Shown here: one piece after another, positions 38,351 to 50,720 of the stretch
Layout: every line of letters begins with the position of its first letter
How positions within the stretch are numbered: the stretch's first letter is position 1
NCBI GenBank assembly: GCA_017499595.2
Contig: CM039010.1
Coordinates: 372,001 to 436,000, forward strand
Direction: 5' to 3'
Source: Psilocybe cubensis
Lineage: Eukaryota
Length of the DNA: 64,000 nt
Notes under the pieces: model-generated
Database searches by the model: none
The model's input: only the letters and a program-made list of their open reading frames with translations
Told to the model about the DNA's origin: nothing
Position numbers and translations under genes: made by a program

Positions 38351-38838
38351 CTTTGGGAGGTGGGAGGAAGGAAGGTCTCTGTCAAATCCATGAAGCACGA
38401 CCCGACGATCCGTTCTGACACGTTACGCAGACACGACATATCGCTGTACGATGACTTTGCGCACCTGCGAGCATCCTCCACATAGGCCGGTATGTGCTTT
38501 GACTCTATGCTGGCGAATATGTGGTTGACTTGCTACTTTCCAGGGGGCTATGGACTTGCACTGTTTTGAACTCAGGACTTGTGTTTGTAGGTTTGGTGGA
38601 TTTGACTTGGACAGGTATGTTTTTTCTCGAGTAGATAGACCGGTTACGCCCCAAATTGGCCTTCGGGCGGGGCTAACCTCTGCTTGTACGATAAATTGAA
38701 GGTGTTGGAATGCATGGACTACGCTCTTTTTTTGTGCTATAATTAGATCTCTACATTTATCCGAGTAAAAACTCGCCAGAAAAACACGCAAGCGAGACAA
38801 ATGTGCTCAGTTATCTAGAACTAGAATTGGAAACCCAA

Positions 38839-40039
38839 ATGTCGCGCCGTATAGAAAGCGTCTCTGATGCGATATCCAAAGCTCCCATGGCTATTCGATT
38901 GACACCGCATATATTGAGCGTCATTGACTGGTCGGATCCTGTGAACGATCCTATTCGGCGCCAGTTTATCCCGTTAGGAAGCGAACTATTACTCGATCAT
39001 CACGGGCTAAAGCTTGATTCTCTCAACGAGGAGCACAATTCACCGGTTAAAGGCTTAGTCCATAGGTATCCCACCAAAGCCCTGTTTTTAGGTACGTTTA
39101 TTGGTGTTGTAGAAAAATGGGTGCTAATATGTAAGTACAGCAACTTCTGTATGCAATGTATACTGCCGGTTTTGCACTCGTTCCTATGCAGTTGGAGCCA
39201 ATACCGACACTGTGACCAAAAACTCTCTCAAACCCACAAAGCGACGCTGGGACGAAGTTTTTAACTACATAGAAAATACTCCCCAACTCAACGATATAGT
39301 GGTGTCAGGAGGCGACTCCTTCTATCTTTCGCCTGAGCAACTCTACGACATCGGAAAGCGTTTGCTTGAAATCCCACACATCAGACGATTTCGGTTTGCG
39401 ACAAAGGGCCTGGCAGTTGTCCCATGTCGCATTTTGGACCCTCAGGATACCTGGAGCGCTGCTTTAATCGCAATATCTGACATGGGAAAGAAGATGGGCA
39501 AGGCGGTTGCTGTCCACACCCATTTCAACCATCCAAATGAAATTACTTGGATTACCAGGCTGGCTGCTCAAAAGCTTTTCGAGAATGGGGTCACTGTGCG
39601 CAACCAGACAGTTCTTCTACGCGGAGTCAACGATAATGTGGCGGTAATGAAGAGGCTCATACAAAATTTGGCGGATATCAACATTCTGCCCGTAAGTTTC
39701 CTGACTCTGCTCTTGTACCCGCGATGTCTCCGACCTGTTCGTTTTTCTGTATAGTACTACGTTTATCAAGGAGATATGGTGCGAGGTGTAGAGGACCTTC
39801 GGACGCCGCTGTCAACAATACTTGATCTTGAAGCACAGATTCGTGGAAGCATCAGTGGCTTCATGACCCCACAGTTTATTGTAGACCTTCCGGGAGGCGG
39901 TGGCAAGCGTCTGGCTTCATCTTACAAAGATTACAACAGAATCACCGGGGTGTCCACGTTTGTGGCTCCAGCTGTTACGGGGGATCCCAACACCGTCTTC
40001 AAATACCATGACCCAGTATGGAGTATTACAAGTCATTAG
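38839..40039 (+). pseudogene. 5'-truncated duplicate of the KamA-family gene; reading frame intact from a new ATG
   Basis: Lacks exon 1 and the start of exon 2. Keeps CNVYCRFC, HTHFNHPNE, DLPGGGGK and both downstream introns. ATG 38839 (MSRRIESV...) is in frame. Confidence 0.75.
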
Positions 40040-40184
40040 GCTCACGGGGTATTCAATACTTTGATATTGAACTGAATGTAGAAAAAGAAAATATGAATTA
40101 TATTACAAGTTGCTACAAGTTAAGACTTCATTACAACATTAAGACCGGGTATTAATGAGAGTGGATATAATGGGTGAATGCCAA

Positions 40185-40756
40185 TTAGGCAATGGTGATT
40201 TTCTTTGGTGCAAGCTCCGGTGTGGATTTCGGGAATGTCACGGTGAGAATACCGTTCTCCATGTTGGCTTTAATCTCCTCGCTCTGCACAAATTCAGATA
40301 AGTTATAAATTCTAAGATTCATGCCAATATTCTACCAACCTTGACACCAGCGGGGAGCTGGAGAGTACGAGAGAACTTGCCAAACTGTCTCTCGCGCACG
40401 GCATATCCGTTCTCCTGGAACTCCTTGTCTTGCTTCGATTCAGCAGAGACAGTCAGGCGATTGTTGTGAACATCAATGTTCACATTGTCCTTGACAAGTC
40501 CAGGAAGTTCAAATGTGGCCGTGACAAGGTTCTTCTCAGAGTCTTCGTGGAGGTCCATTCTGTTTGACATTTGTTAGATTCGTCCAAATAATGTGAAAGT
40601 GGGTGATGCTTACCTTGGTCTGAAAGACCTCACTGCGCCATCGCCAGCTCCGTTTCGTTGCTGGACTTGATTTTTAGGCACGCCTTGACGAGCGAAAGCC
40701 TCGTCAAAGAGGCGGTCGAAGTCGTAGAATGGTTCGTAAAAGAAGACGCTAGACAT
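40185..40756 (-). CDS. Small heat-shock protein HSP20, copy 2
   Basis: Same 572-nt, 3-exon structure and motifs as copy 1. Confidence 0.93.
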
Positions 40757-40920
40757 TTTGTGTTGTGTGTTGTGTTCAGAGAGATGCTTGTTACTGCTGG
40801 TTGAGCCTTCAATTCTCCTCTTTATATACCTCATTGAAAATGCTCTAGACAATACTAGAAATATATTATTGGTGAACTGCAGACCTTTCACGGCCCTTCC
40901 AGAAATTGGCGCTCGTCATG

Positions 40921-40933
40921 GAAGGTTCCAGAA
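40921..40933. promoter_or_regulatory. Heat-shock element in the divergent HSP20/aquaporin intergenic region
   Basis: GAAggTTCcaGAA. Confidence 0.8.
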
Positions 40934-41354
40934 CATTGAATGGCAATTGCCGAGGTTTTGGTCTGAGAATGAAAATTGAAATGGAAGGCACTGCCGAAGC
41001 CGTTCTGCTCGTCTCGCCGACGGTAGAATTCTTGACATTTTTTTGGCTAGGTATTCGGATGCGACATGCACATACTATTGATATGTGTATTCCACTCAAC
41101 TAAACTGGAGGTTAGTCAACTGCTCTGCCGACCCAAAAGCGAATAATTGACTCATAAGCGGGGCTGGAAGCATGCTAAGGCAATACCACAATCTGTCTGG
41201 TTGAAGAAAATCGTGACAGCCGAGCGGGCAAGAGGAGGTTCTAAATTCCGTTCAAATTCTGGCTGACGATACGCCTCCTTTATGAGCAACACACCAAGAC
41301 ACACAACTTCACTTAAGGTATATACTTTACACACATCATCGTTCAAGCTTTACA

Positions 41355-42547
41355 ATGCGGGAAAACTTTCGGTGGTCCTCCATTTCTGCAAACTTGGGCG
41401 AAGATATAGCAGCAGCAGCGTTCGAATTCATCGGGACCGTATTTTTTTTGCTTTTTGGTCTCGGTGGGATTCAAGCAGCAGCAGCAGCGGAAAGCACTAT
41501 CGATAACGCTCCGTCAACGGGGATGATCAGCCACATCATGTACATCGCAACGTGCATGGGTCTGAGCTTGCTCGTATCTGCATGGTTGTTCTTCAGAGTG
41601 ACTGGCGGTCTGTTTAACCCCAACGTATCTCTTGCGTTGTTTCTAATTGGAGTACTTGGTCCGGTGCGATTTGTGCTTTACTGTATCGCACAATTGGTTG
41701 GAGGAATTGCCGCGGCTGCGATTGTCAGGTCGTTGACCTCTGCACCTTTGGGCGTCAAGTGAGTGCCCGTCTTATACCAAATGAAGCGTAATGGTCTGAG
41801 TCACACTGACTTATTCTCTCCAGTACATCTCTGACTCCCCAAATCAACAGTGCACAAGGCGTTTTTATAGAAATGTTCATTACAGCCGCACTCGTCATAG
41901 CTGTGTTGATGTTAGCAGCTGAAAAGCACGAAGCTACCCCCTTTGCTCCAGTGCGTTCTACTCCAAAAGTAACGCCGGGAATCTGAATTTCTTATACGCA
42001 AATTACATCGACTCAGGTTGGTATTGGCCTAACATTGTTCGCGTGCCATCTGTACGTTAATGCACTAATGTAATCTTGGCGGATTCATTCACCTTACCTA
42101 GCTTTGCCGTTTATTATACGGGTGCTTCCATGAATACAGCAAGATCATTTGGACCCGCCGTCGTATCCGGTTTTCCGGTCCCAAATCATTGGATAGTAAG
42201 GGGTTTCATTTTATTTATCACTAGAATCCTAGTGCCGATCTTTTCTTTGTTTTAGTATTGGCTGGGGCCTTTTCTAGGATCGATTCTTGGGACAGGCATT
42301 TACGCATTACTGAAGCAGTAAGCAGTTTTACATGGTTCCTGTAATAAGTATAGATATTGAAAAATGTACTAGCTACCATTATTGGGACCTTACTCCCCAT
42401 CAAGCTACAGGAGACTTTGAGAAATCCCCAGATGATCCTGTCGAAGGGGCTAAGCGAGCGCTGACGGGTAAGGAAAACAGGGATGATGTTCAACGAGACG
42501 GAGCAAGTGAGGGTACAAGTGGATTTGGAAATGAGGAAAGGGTGTAA
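41355..42547 (+). CDS. Aquaporin (MIP family) A, multi-exon
   Basis: EFIGTVFFLLFGLGG, TGGLFNPNVSL, YCIAQLVG, EMFITAALV, YTGASMNTARSFGPAV and HWIYWLGPFLG. Confidence 0.92.
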
Positions 42548-42649
42548 TCGCACACTTGTTGCAAGATAATGAACGAAATAGTCTAGCTGATGACAGGGCT
42601 AACAAGAGTCTTTAAACAAGCTAGTAGAATAATATGAGAAAAGTAGTCT

Positions 42650-44967
42650 CTACGTGAAATGCCTTAGCGAAGTTTCCACAATTTCTCCAATGGAAATAAT
42701 GGCTTCCTCTTCCATATTTCGCCCTATTAACTGGATGGAAATCGGAGCGTCTCTGAATTTCTCGACTTCATCTGTATTAAATATGAGTAACCATAATAAA
42801 ATAAGATATTCAAATCTTACAAAACTCATAATTGGCCTTGTCCTGCTCTGTAAAGAATGTATGGGGCAGCTTCTTGACATCCAAAGCCGCATCAACCGAG
42901 AGGCCAGTGGGAATAGCAAGTGAGGTATAATCAAGTGCATTCCATATCATGGTATAGCTTGGGGTCCTAAGTTACTTCAGCATCACAAATTATGGCAGAA
43001 GGCCGGAAAATTTCTCACTTTGCCATTCCATGCGGGGGAGCGACATGCGCCGCACATGGAGAGATGATGACATCGACAGGTCGTCCCGTTCCAGTATATG
43101 CAGCAGTAGAGTTCCAATGGTCCAAATACTCCTGTCTCAGCTCTGTACGTCGTCGTTGTACCTGCCATAGCTGATACGCGGTGACAGATTCAGCTTTGAC
43201 AAATGGTCGTACAGCCGGCCCTGAGAACGGCGCGCGCTCAGCGGTGGTGCTCATGTTCTGGATGAGCGGCTCCCCAGAAGGGAGAACGGAGGTGTGATAG
43301 TCCTCGTATGCGCCCGCGGCCCAAATGTCTACCTGGTAAATACTTCAGTAAGGTAGAAAGAATTGAATTTTTGACAGAGCCATACTAAAGTTTTATAAAT
43401 CTCGCCGTGCTTCAGAGGCTTCCAGTCGATTACTACAAATCCATTACTTAATCAGTTGTAGCTCATTGCTAAACACGTAGAGTCGCAGTACTCACCATTA
43501 TGCCCTGCACGTATTAAAACTGATTTCGTGGTTTCGAGTGCCCTGATAATAGGAGGGTGAGGAAGCTCGACTCCATCATGCCAAAGGATAGCAAAACATA
43601 GTCGACCACCGCGTCCATGGTCAGAAAGTTGATACTCTTCGTCATTCCAAGGTTTCCGAATCACCAGCGGGTCTTTCAGCCATGCCATCTGACTAGACAC
43701 CGCTTCCATAAATATTTTTATCCCAGATAAACTGTTCGATAGAGGTCCCAGAACTGATAGAACCGAGTCCTGGCCTTCAGAGGTGTTGACACATCCGGCG
43801 TAGGGGACTCGTCTTTGTGAAGGACTTAAACCATATAAGCCATTGAATGCAGCAGGGATTCTGATAGATCTGTGCGAGACTAAATAAATGGACCAAACAA
43901 ATAATCTGTCAAGCATACCCTGCTATATCTGAACCTACGCCTTCAGTGGTTTTCAAACGTGAGAATTATGCTGATAACACAGAACCGAGCTACTTAGTAC
44001 CTAAGGGGCTACCTCTCAAGGCTAAATCTTATATTAGACGTATGAAGGAAGTTAAAATCATACGAGTAACTTTCCTATAAGAGCGGCTTCGCCTCCAGAT
44101 GAGCCACCAGCAGTGAGTGAACGGTTATGCGGATTGAGAGTTCGCCCGAATACGTGGTTAAAAGTTTCGATCCACTGTTTGATTACAAGATCAAATATAA
44201 TGCAATAAGTCAAGAGGACTGAAAATCTTACCATAAGAGTTTGCGGAACATTGGTTTTTACATACAAAACGGCACCGCATGCTTCAAGAATATCAGCCAG
44301 AACAGCATTTCTATCCGCAAATTTGCCAATCCATGAGACATATCCTTTCGAGGAATGACGGGGAAAAATTAGGAGGACCAACGGCCTCATAAGAAAATAT
44401 GGAAGCATACCCAACGTCGACTCTAATCCCTTGATATTGACTTGATCCTTCAAAGAGATAGGTAGCCCTTGAATACTTAATGAGGTTCACCACGAGAAAA
44501 AGTAATTCAATAAATTACCATGAAGCGGACCAACAACCCTCCCTGTCCTTTTCAAATGGTCGTCCAGTTCAGCAGCCCGAGCTACTGCGCGTTCGATGAA
44601 AATTTCCGTAAGGCAGTTCACCTGCTCGCCGCAAAAACAGGCCAATCTTAGTGATCAGTTCAATCGGGACGACCAGACTGAACAAGGAACATACCAGCTG
44701 ATGCGCAATAATGGCTCTCTTTGAAAATGCTATCGTGACTTCGACGGCTGTCCACTTGCCAGTTGCCAACTTTTCAAGCAGAGCATCAACGTCAGAATTA
44801 GTAATCTCTACTTCCTTCGCATCGAGCAGGCCACTCTTCTCAGGAAAGTCCATCACATTTAGTGTGTCTTTCGATGGCAGGTTTGTTAGGATCCATTCCT
44901 TTGGAATCGAGGCTGTCTGACGTTTCTTCTTTTCGTCGACTAGTTCTGTCCAGTGCTTTGACGCCAT
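42650..44967 (-). CDS. Amidase-signature family enzyme (acetamidase/general amidase), many introns
   Basis: ISLKDQ, VLYVKTNVPQTLM, FGRTLNPHNRSLTAGGSSGGEAAL, GVGSDIAG/SIRIPAAFNGLYG and PISIQLIGRNMEEE. Confidence 0.9.
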
Positions 44968-45744
44968 ATCTTGTAGGTATGCGCTGTACTGTATGATAGA
45001 GAATAAAGGCCTTGCATTTGCTGCTTAAATAGCCAAAAAACAGCCTCGATGACAGATCAAAAAATCCGGCTATGAAAAGTCTGCGCGAGTCTCTGGACGT
45101 AGCATCTAAACATCATAGGATCCCCACTGCTTGTGAACCCTTCCTAACCAGAAACAGGTCAACGAACTAATGAAAAAGGTAAACAAGTACTTGTGTGTCG
45201 TGATCCTCGAAGCTTATCCAATGCGACGATCGCAAATTACTTGGAATGGTATACTGCGTTTGTCATGTTGGGCAAAACACGAATCTTCCCGAGGCCATCC
45301 CCGAGTCCGGAGCCTAAAACATTCCTCAATCGAATTTTGTGTTACATGCTAACTCCAGCCGATACGGGAGCTTTTCCAGTGAAATTTTTGTATCAATGCG
45401 GCGCATGACATTATGCGTAGTGGGAGCCAAGAACAAGTAAGGTGCTATCGTTGAAAATCACCGTTTATTAACACTCAAACTGTGCACAGTAAGATGTGGA
45501 AAGATCATAACTAGGGAAAATACATTCAATCAGTAGGCGTCATAAACAAGCATCGTTAAAGAGGAAAAGACTACATGCAAGAAAATCGGGTTTGAGGTTA
45601 CGGATTCAAGAAATGAAAAGATATGAAGCAACGTTACTGCAAATGAAGATCGTTCGTATCTCGTTGGCGATATTGGGAGGTTACTCTTCAGCGCCAGGGT
45701 ATCATGAAGTTACAAGTAATGGGCCGTTCCACCTCGCCTTCTGA

Positions 45745-48284
45745 TCACTTCTTCTCCTTGTCTTGGTCGAAAAACGCAACAAGCTGACCAATGGGAACCT
45801 TCCCAACAGGTTTAGGCATAGCAATAGGCTTCATCAACGAATCTCTGCTCTGCTTCCTCAACACCAGCGGGTCCACAAATTTGCCGCTTCCTGCCCCTAA
45901 CCCGCTCACCATCCCATCACCCGTCCCACCGCCGTTCCCTGCACCGTGGGCTAGGGTCCCCGCGCCTGTGTTCAGTCGCTCCGTCGACTTGGACCGCGTG
46001 CGCAGTGGCGCGACGGACGGCGGGGCGAGCGCAGCAGTTGGAGTCGTCCCACTTGCACCGGGAATACTCGAGAACCCATAAGCAGACTGCGCGCGAAGCC
46101 GCCTGTTCGAGAGCGGTGACGGGGATGACGACGTCACTGATTTGTAATCGCCCTTGCCCTGCCCACCTGTAGCGTTGGCGTTGGCGTTGGCGTTAGCAGA
46201 GGCCAATTTGGCGGCGGCAGATTTCCCAATAGTTTCCCCTCCAAATTCATTCTCTTCATCGTCATCATCGTCATCATCAGTAGAGGACTTCAAAGCGGAC
46301 TTCGGGGTACTGACGCGCCTGGGCTGCTGTTGGGGCTCCGAGGCGTTGGATGATAGATCGTCTGGTGGTGCAACAATAGGTCCGCCCAGAGCCACAGTGT
46401 ACCGTTTTCGCGGTGTCGGGCTCACACTGGTCTGTCGTTTACCGGATGCCTTGGGAGGCGGCAGACCGCTACTCCCTGCATTCGAGTTGGTGGTTGCAGA
46501 GGGCGATGGACTCACTGCTCCCGCGCTTGAAGTGGGGTTGGCGGACATCGGAGTAGGTGACATCGTTCGTCCATAAGACGAAGTTGAGGAAAACGATGTA
46601 GTGGAAATGTTGGTGGATGCTGCTGAATACAGACTAGTACTGGTCGCAGGGAGCCCGGAGATTGCCAAGCCTTGAGAACGGCGGCGCGCTGCGTTGATCG
46701 AGCTGGGAGGGGAATTAGGAGGAGAGAAAGCATCGGGCGGCGAGGTGTAGTCGCCTTGTGGGTATGGCAGCCGTGTACCGGAAGGTGTCTTTGTCGATGC
46801 CAGAGGTGGACTGGTGGATTCTAGAGCAGACGCAGATATACGGCGATGGTGTGGGGTGGTGGGTAAGGAGGAGCCAGTATGTTGCTGTTCCACAATGACG
46901 GAAGATGTCGTCGGAAGTGGAGGAGAAACAGAGGCCTGCTGAGTTATGGGACCTGATGACAACCTCGAAGGCGCGGTCGCAAGTTTGGCCATCTCGCGTC
47001 CCAGTTCACCTACACGGCCTTGGAGCTCTGTCATTCCTTCCCTGATCTCCTGGAGTTCATGAGACACCCCGGTAGGCGCCTCTTTCTGATTTTCTTTTTC
47101 AACCAACCATTTCTCCACATCATTCATTCGCTCTTCGAGGGCGCGAACGTGTCCGACAGTCCATTTTTCTAGCTTTTCAAATCGTTTTGCTATGGCTAGA
47201 AGCGTTCCAGGCATGTCTACTGCACCCTGAGGATTAAATTGGACATAAAGAGGGGGCGCCTCCCGCGAAGGGGACGCGGAGATACTGTCCGCAGAGCGCA
47301 TAGGCGAAGGTGTGAGATTTGGAGGCATGTTCGAGAGACTGGGACGTGAAGGAGTGGGCGATTGGGGAGAAGAAGGAACCGGCTTTCTCTGAGGAGGGGC
47401 CACGGGTATATTGAGGTTTGAGTAGGCAGGGTCACTAAACTTTCTCGATGCATTAGATGGCCAATCCTTTTCCTTTTCTTTATCCTTTTCCTTTTCCTTC
47501 TCCTTTTCTTTGCCTTTGAGATTCTTCTTATTGTCCTTCTCCCGCGCCTTGGCATCCTGAATAACCTGTTGAGCGGGCGTAAGGGGCTCCTTTGTCGGTG
47601 TCAGCTTGTTCTTTGCCGCTGTCCACCAATTGCTCTCCTTCTGCGAATTTGAGGGCGATGGCGGATTCGGGGTGCTCTGTGAACGTGAAGGGGGAGGTGG
47701 CAATGATTTTGCCGTCTCCATCATTGCCAGAACGCGTTCTTCGACGAGCTTGCGCTGCTGTGCCTCACGCGTAAGAATCGCCTCTGCCTCCCGTCGACTC
47801 CGGTCGCGTTCTCTCTCGGCCTCTGCTTCTAGCTCTGCATCACTGGGTAAAGGAGATTTCGGCCCAATTCCTCCTACGAAGTGGTTCATCCGTTGAACAA
47901 AGCTGGCAGCCAGATGCGAGACGGATGAGGCCGGGGATGGAGACCTATGCCATTTGGCTGGGTCGTCGTCGTCGTCGTCGTCGTCTGAGCCATCGTCTGA
48001 GCCGTTAGGGTCTATTCCCGTTGAAGTGTCCATGATAAACCCCTGACGAAGGGGCGACGGTGGACGCGGTGAGGTCCTGCGCGCTCCTTCAGGCTGCATG
48101 CATAACGAATGTAATTCAGCTGCCTGATCAGAGGTGATCCATTGATCGTACTCACCAATGCCAGGGATCCTACAGGCGAGGTCATTCTTCTCTGCTGCTT
48201 TATTCCATCTGCAGATCCCTGTCCCGGTGGCTGCAGATTGTTGCTCGAAGACTGAGTCGAACGATGAGACGGTGAGCTCGCCAT
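45745..48284 (-). CDS. Low-complexity Ser/Pro-rich hypothetical protein with coiled-coil
   Basis: 784-aa exon plus a 5' exon (ATG 48284, GTGAGT donor near 48154). Globular islands KRFEKLEKWTVGHVRALEERMNDVEKWLV and GKVPIGQLVAFFD. Confidence 0.75.
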
Positions 48285-48807
48285 CCTGCTATCCCGCTTT
48301 CATCATAGTACACGCAATTAGTTGGCAAGTTCACAAATTTGGACGTCTTCACTTACTAGCTATTAGTTGTTTCTATACTCGGTGGACCGTTCCCGCATCC
48401 AATGCTGGATATACCTACCTTTGACGGTCCCCTAGGAAGGTGAACTTGATGTGTGCGCTCTCAGCCTCTCCAGCCCATGTTTGGTCCTCCCGTTGTCAGC
48501 TTTGGCTTGTAACAATAAACAATGACCACTAGTTTTGAAGCTCCGAATCAACATTACATTGCCGTGGCCGGAACAACTTTTCTAGAACCTTTCTCAAATG
48601 TCTCTCGGCGAAGCAACGAGTTCTCATAGCATATTGGTACCCCCTTTCTCGATATTTCTAGAGGTTTTCTGACTTACGCGTTAGTAATCAAGTAATTCTG
48701 ATATCAATGTTACTAGAAGCCTCGTGAAAGGTGCTCTGTAGGGTATATATGCGACGAATGAACCCCTCTCGAAGGCATCAGAACAATCCTCAGTCACCAT
48801 AAACCAA

Positions 48808-49383
48808 ATGTCGAGCGTTTTCTTCTACGAACCTTTCTACGACTTTGACCGCTTCTTTGACGAGGCCTTCTCATCTCGCCAAGGAAACTCACGAAACCAA
48901 GTACAACAACGAAATTCTAACGGTCAGTCTGGTATCGTGCGGTCCTTCAAGCCAAGGTAAGGTCTCGGTCAACAGCAAATTGTATTGTTATCTGACTTTC
49001 TTTTCTAGAATGGATCTTCATGAAGACTCCGAGAAGAATCTTGTCACTGCGACGTTTGAGCTTCCCGGACTCGTCAAAGAGAACGTGAACATCGACGTTC
49101 ACGATAATCGCCTCACTGTCGCTGCCGAGTCTAAGCAGGCCAGCGAGTATCAAGAAAACGGCTATGCCGTCCGCGAAAGACAGTACGGAAAGTTTTCGCG
49201 TACCCTGCAGCTCCCCAAGGGAATAAAGGTTGGTAATTTTATACGCAATTTTTGAATTGGGGGACTCACGTTTCATGATTACAGAGCGAGGAAATAAAGG
49301 CAAATATGGAGAACGGTATCCTTACCGTCACTTTCCCAAAGTCGTCGCCCGAGCTGGCCCCAAAGAAAATCACTATTGCATAG
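48808..49383 (+). CDS. Small heat-shock protein HSP20, divergent paralog (copy 4)
   Basis: MSSVFFYEPFYDFDRFFDEAF; RMDLHEDSEKNLVTATFELPGL; same intron positions as the other copies. HSE-like TTCtaGAAccTT at 48580. Confidence 0.92.
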
Positions 49384-49535
49384 GAACAATCTTAAATCCT
49401 TCACTATTTTTGTTGGAGGGTACCTATAATTGTATTATAAACTTGTATCCAATTGTAATATAACGTCGCATATATATTTTAATCCAATACAAATTTATAA
49501 TCAAAATCGATTATGGTTGAAACTACACAATTTGA

Positions 49536-50720
49536 TTACACCCGTTGCTCACTTCCAAACCCACTAGTGGATTTACTTGCCACGTCTTGTTCAATATCTT
49601 CACTCTTTCTTTTACCTGTCAGCACTCGTTTAACCTCTTTAACGGGATCGCCCGGCGATTTTTCAAAGTCCCGTGTAGCTTGGTGTGGAACAAGATTCCA
49701 ATAGCGGTAGCTATCATAGTCACTTGTCTTTAGAACTGATGCAGAAATCTGACAACATTGCTTACTGCTTCAATATTGCGTAAATGGACGCCCCGAGAAG
49801 TGATCCTAGAAAAGGACCAAGCCAGTACTGAAATAAAGGAATGATTCATGCATGAGATCCTCAATAATAACTGAAATTACTTACAACCCAATGATTTGGG
49901 ACTGGAAAGCCAGACACGACGGCTGGTCCAAACGATCTTGCTGTATTCATGGCAGCACCCGTGTAGTAAACGGCAAATCTGATAGGATGGTAGGGTCGGC
50001 ATGAATCATAGATATCAGGTTCGTAAATAAAGCGCACAGATGGCACGCGAACATCGTTAATCCAATGCCAACCTGTGTAAATATAATCTCAGTGAGAATC
50101 ATTACTCGAGTTCCAGTAGCCGATTTAAGACGTACCGGTGCGAAAGGGGTAGCATGGTGCTTTTCTGCTGCCAGCATCAATACAGCAATGACGAGTGCCG
50201 CTGTGATAAACATCTCTATAAAAACGCCTTGGGCACGATTTATTCCTGGAGCTAGAAATGTACTGTATATAATATCACAGTGTAACCATACCTTCCATAT
50301 AGTAGTAGGAGCATAAACTCACTTTACGCCTAATGGTGCTGCAGTCAATGATCGAACAATGGCCGCCGCCGCGATCCCTCCAACCATTTGTGCAATACAA
50401 TAAAGCACAAATCGTACCGGACCAAGTCCTCCGACTAGGAACAACGCCAGAGATACATTGGGGTTAAACAAACCGCCAGTCACTCTGAAGAACAACCACG
50501 CGGATACAAGCAAACTTAGGCCCATACATGTTGCGACGTACATGACATGGTTAACCCCCGTTGATGGTGTGTTATCTGTGGCGCTTTCTGCTGTTGCTGC
50601 TTGAATGCCCCCCAAGCCAAAAAGTAAAAAGAAGACGGTCCCAACGAATTCAAATGCGGCCGCCTCTGCGTCCTCTCCAAGGTTTTCAAATAATGAGGAC
50701 CGCTGGAAATCCTTCCGCAT
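49536..50720 (-). CDS. Aquaporin (MIP family) B, multi-exon
   Basis: MRKDFQRSSLFENLGED..EFVGTVFFLL, GGLFNPNVSL and YTGAAMNTARSFGPAV. Same exon structure as aquaporin A. Confidence 0.92.

Larger units (their letters stand above)
31280..38812. other. ~7.5-kb interstitial segment of decayed, repeat-containing DNA with no recognisable intact gene (probably TE-derived or TE cargo)
   Basis: Lies between the two copies of the direct duplication. Contains only short broken ORFs, many splice-donor-like sites and two internal degenerate repeat series. Confidence 0.5.
38813..40946 (+). repeat. Direct segmental duplication, copy B
   Basis: Near-identical to 29005-31157. Confidence 0.95.

Noticed and set aside
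38770-38824. Helitron 3' end (CTAG) at the right junction
   Set aside because: The CTAG falls within sequence alignable to KamA, is not followed by T, and has only a weak upstream hairpin.
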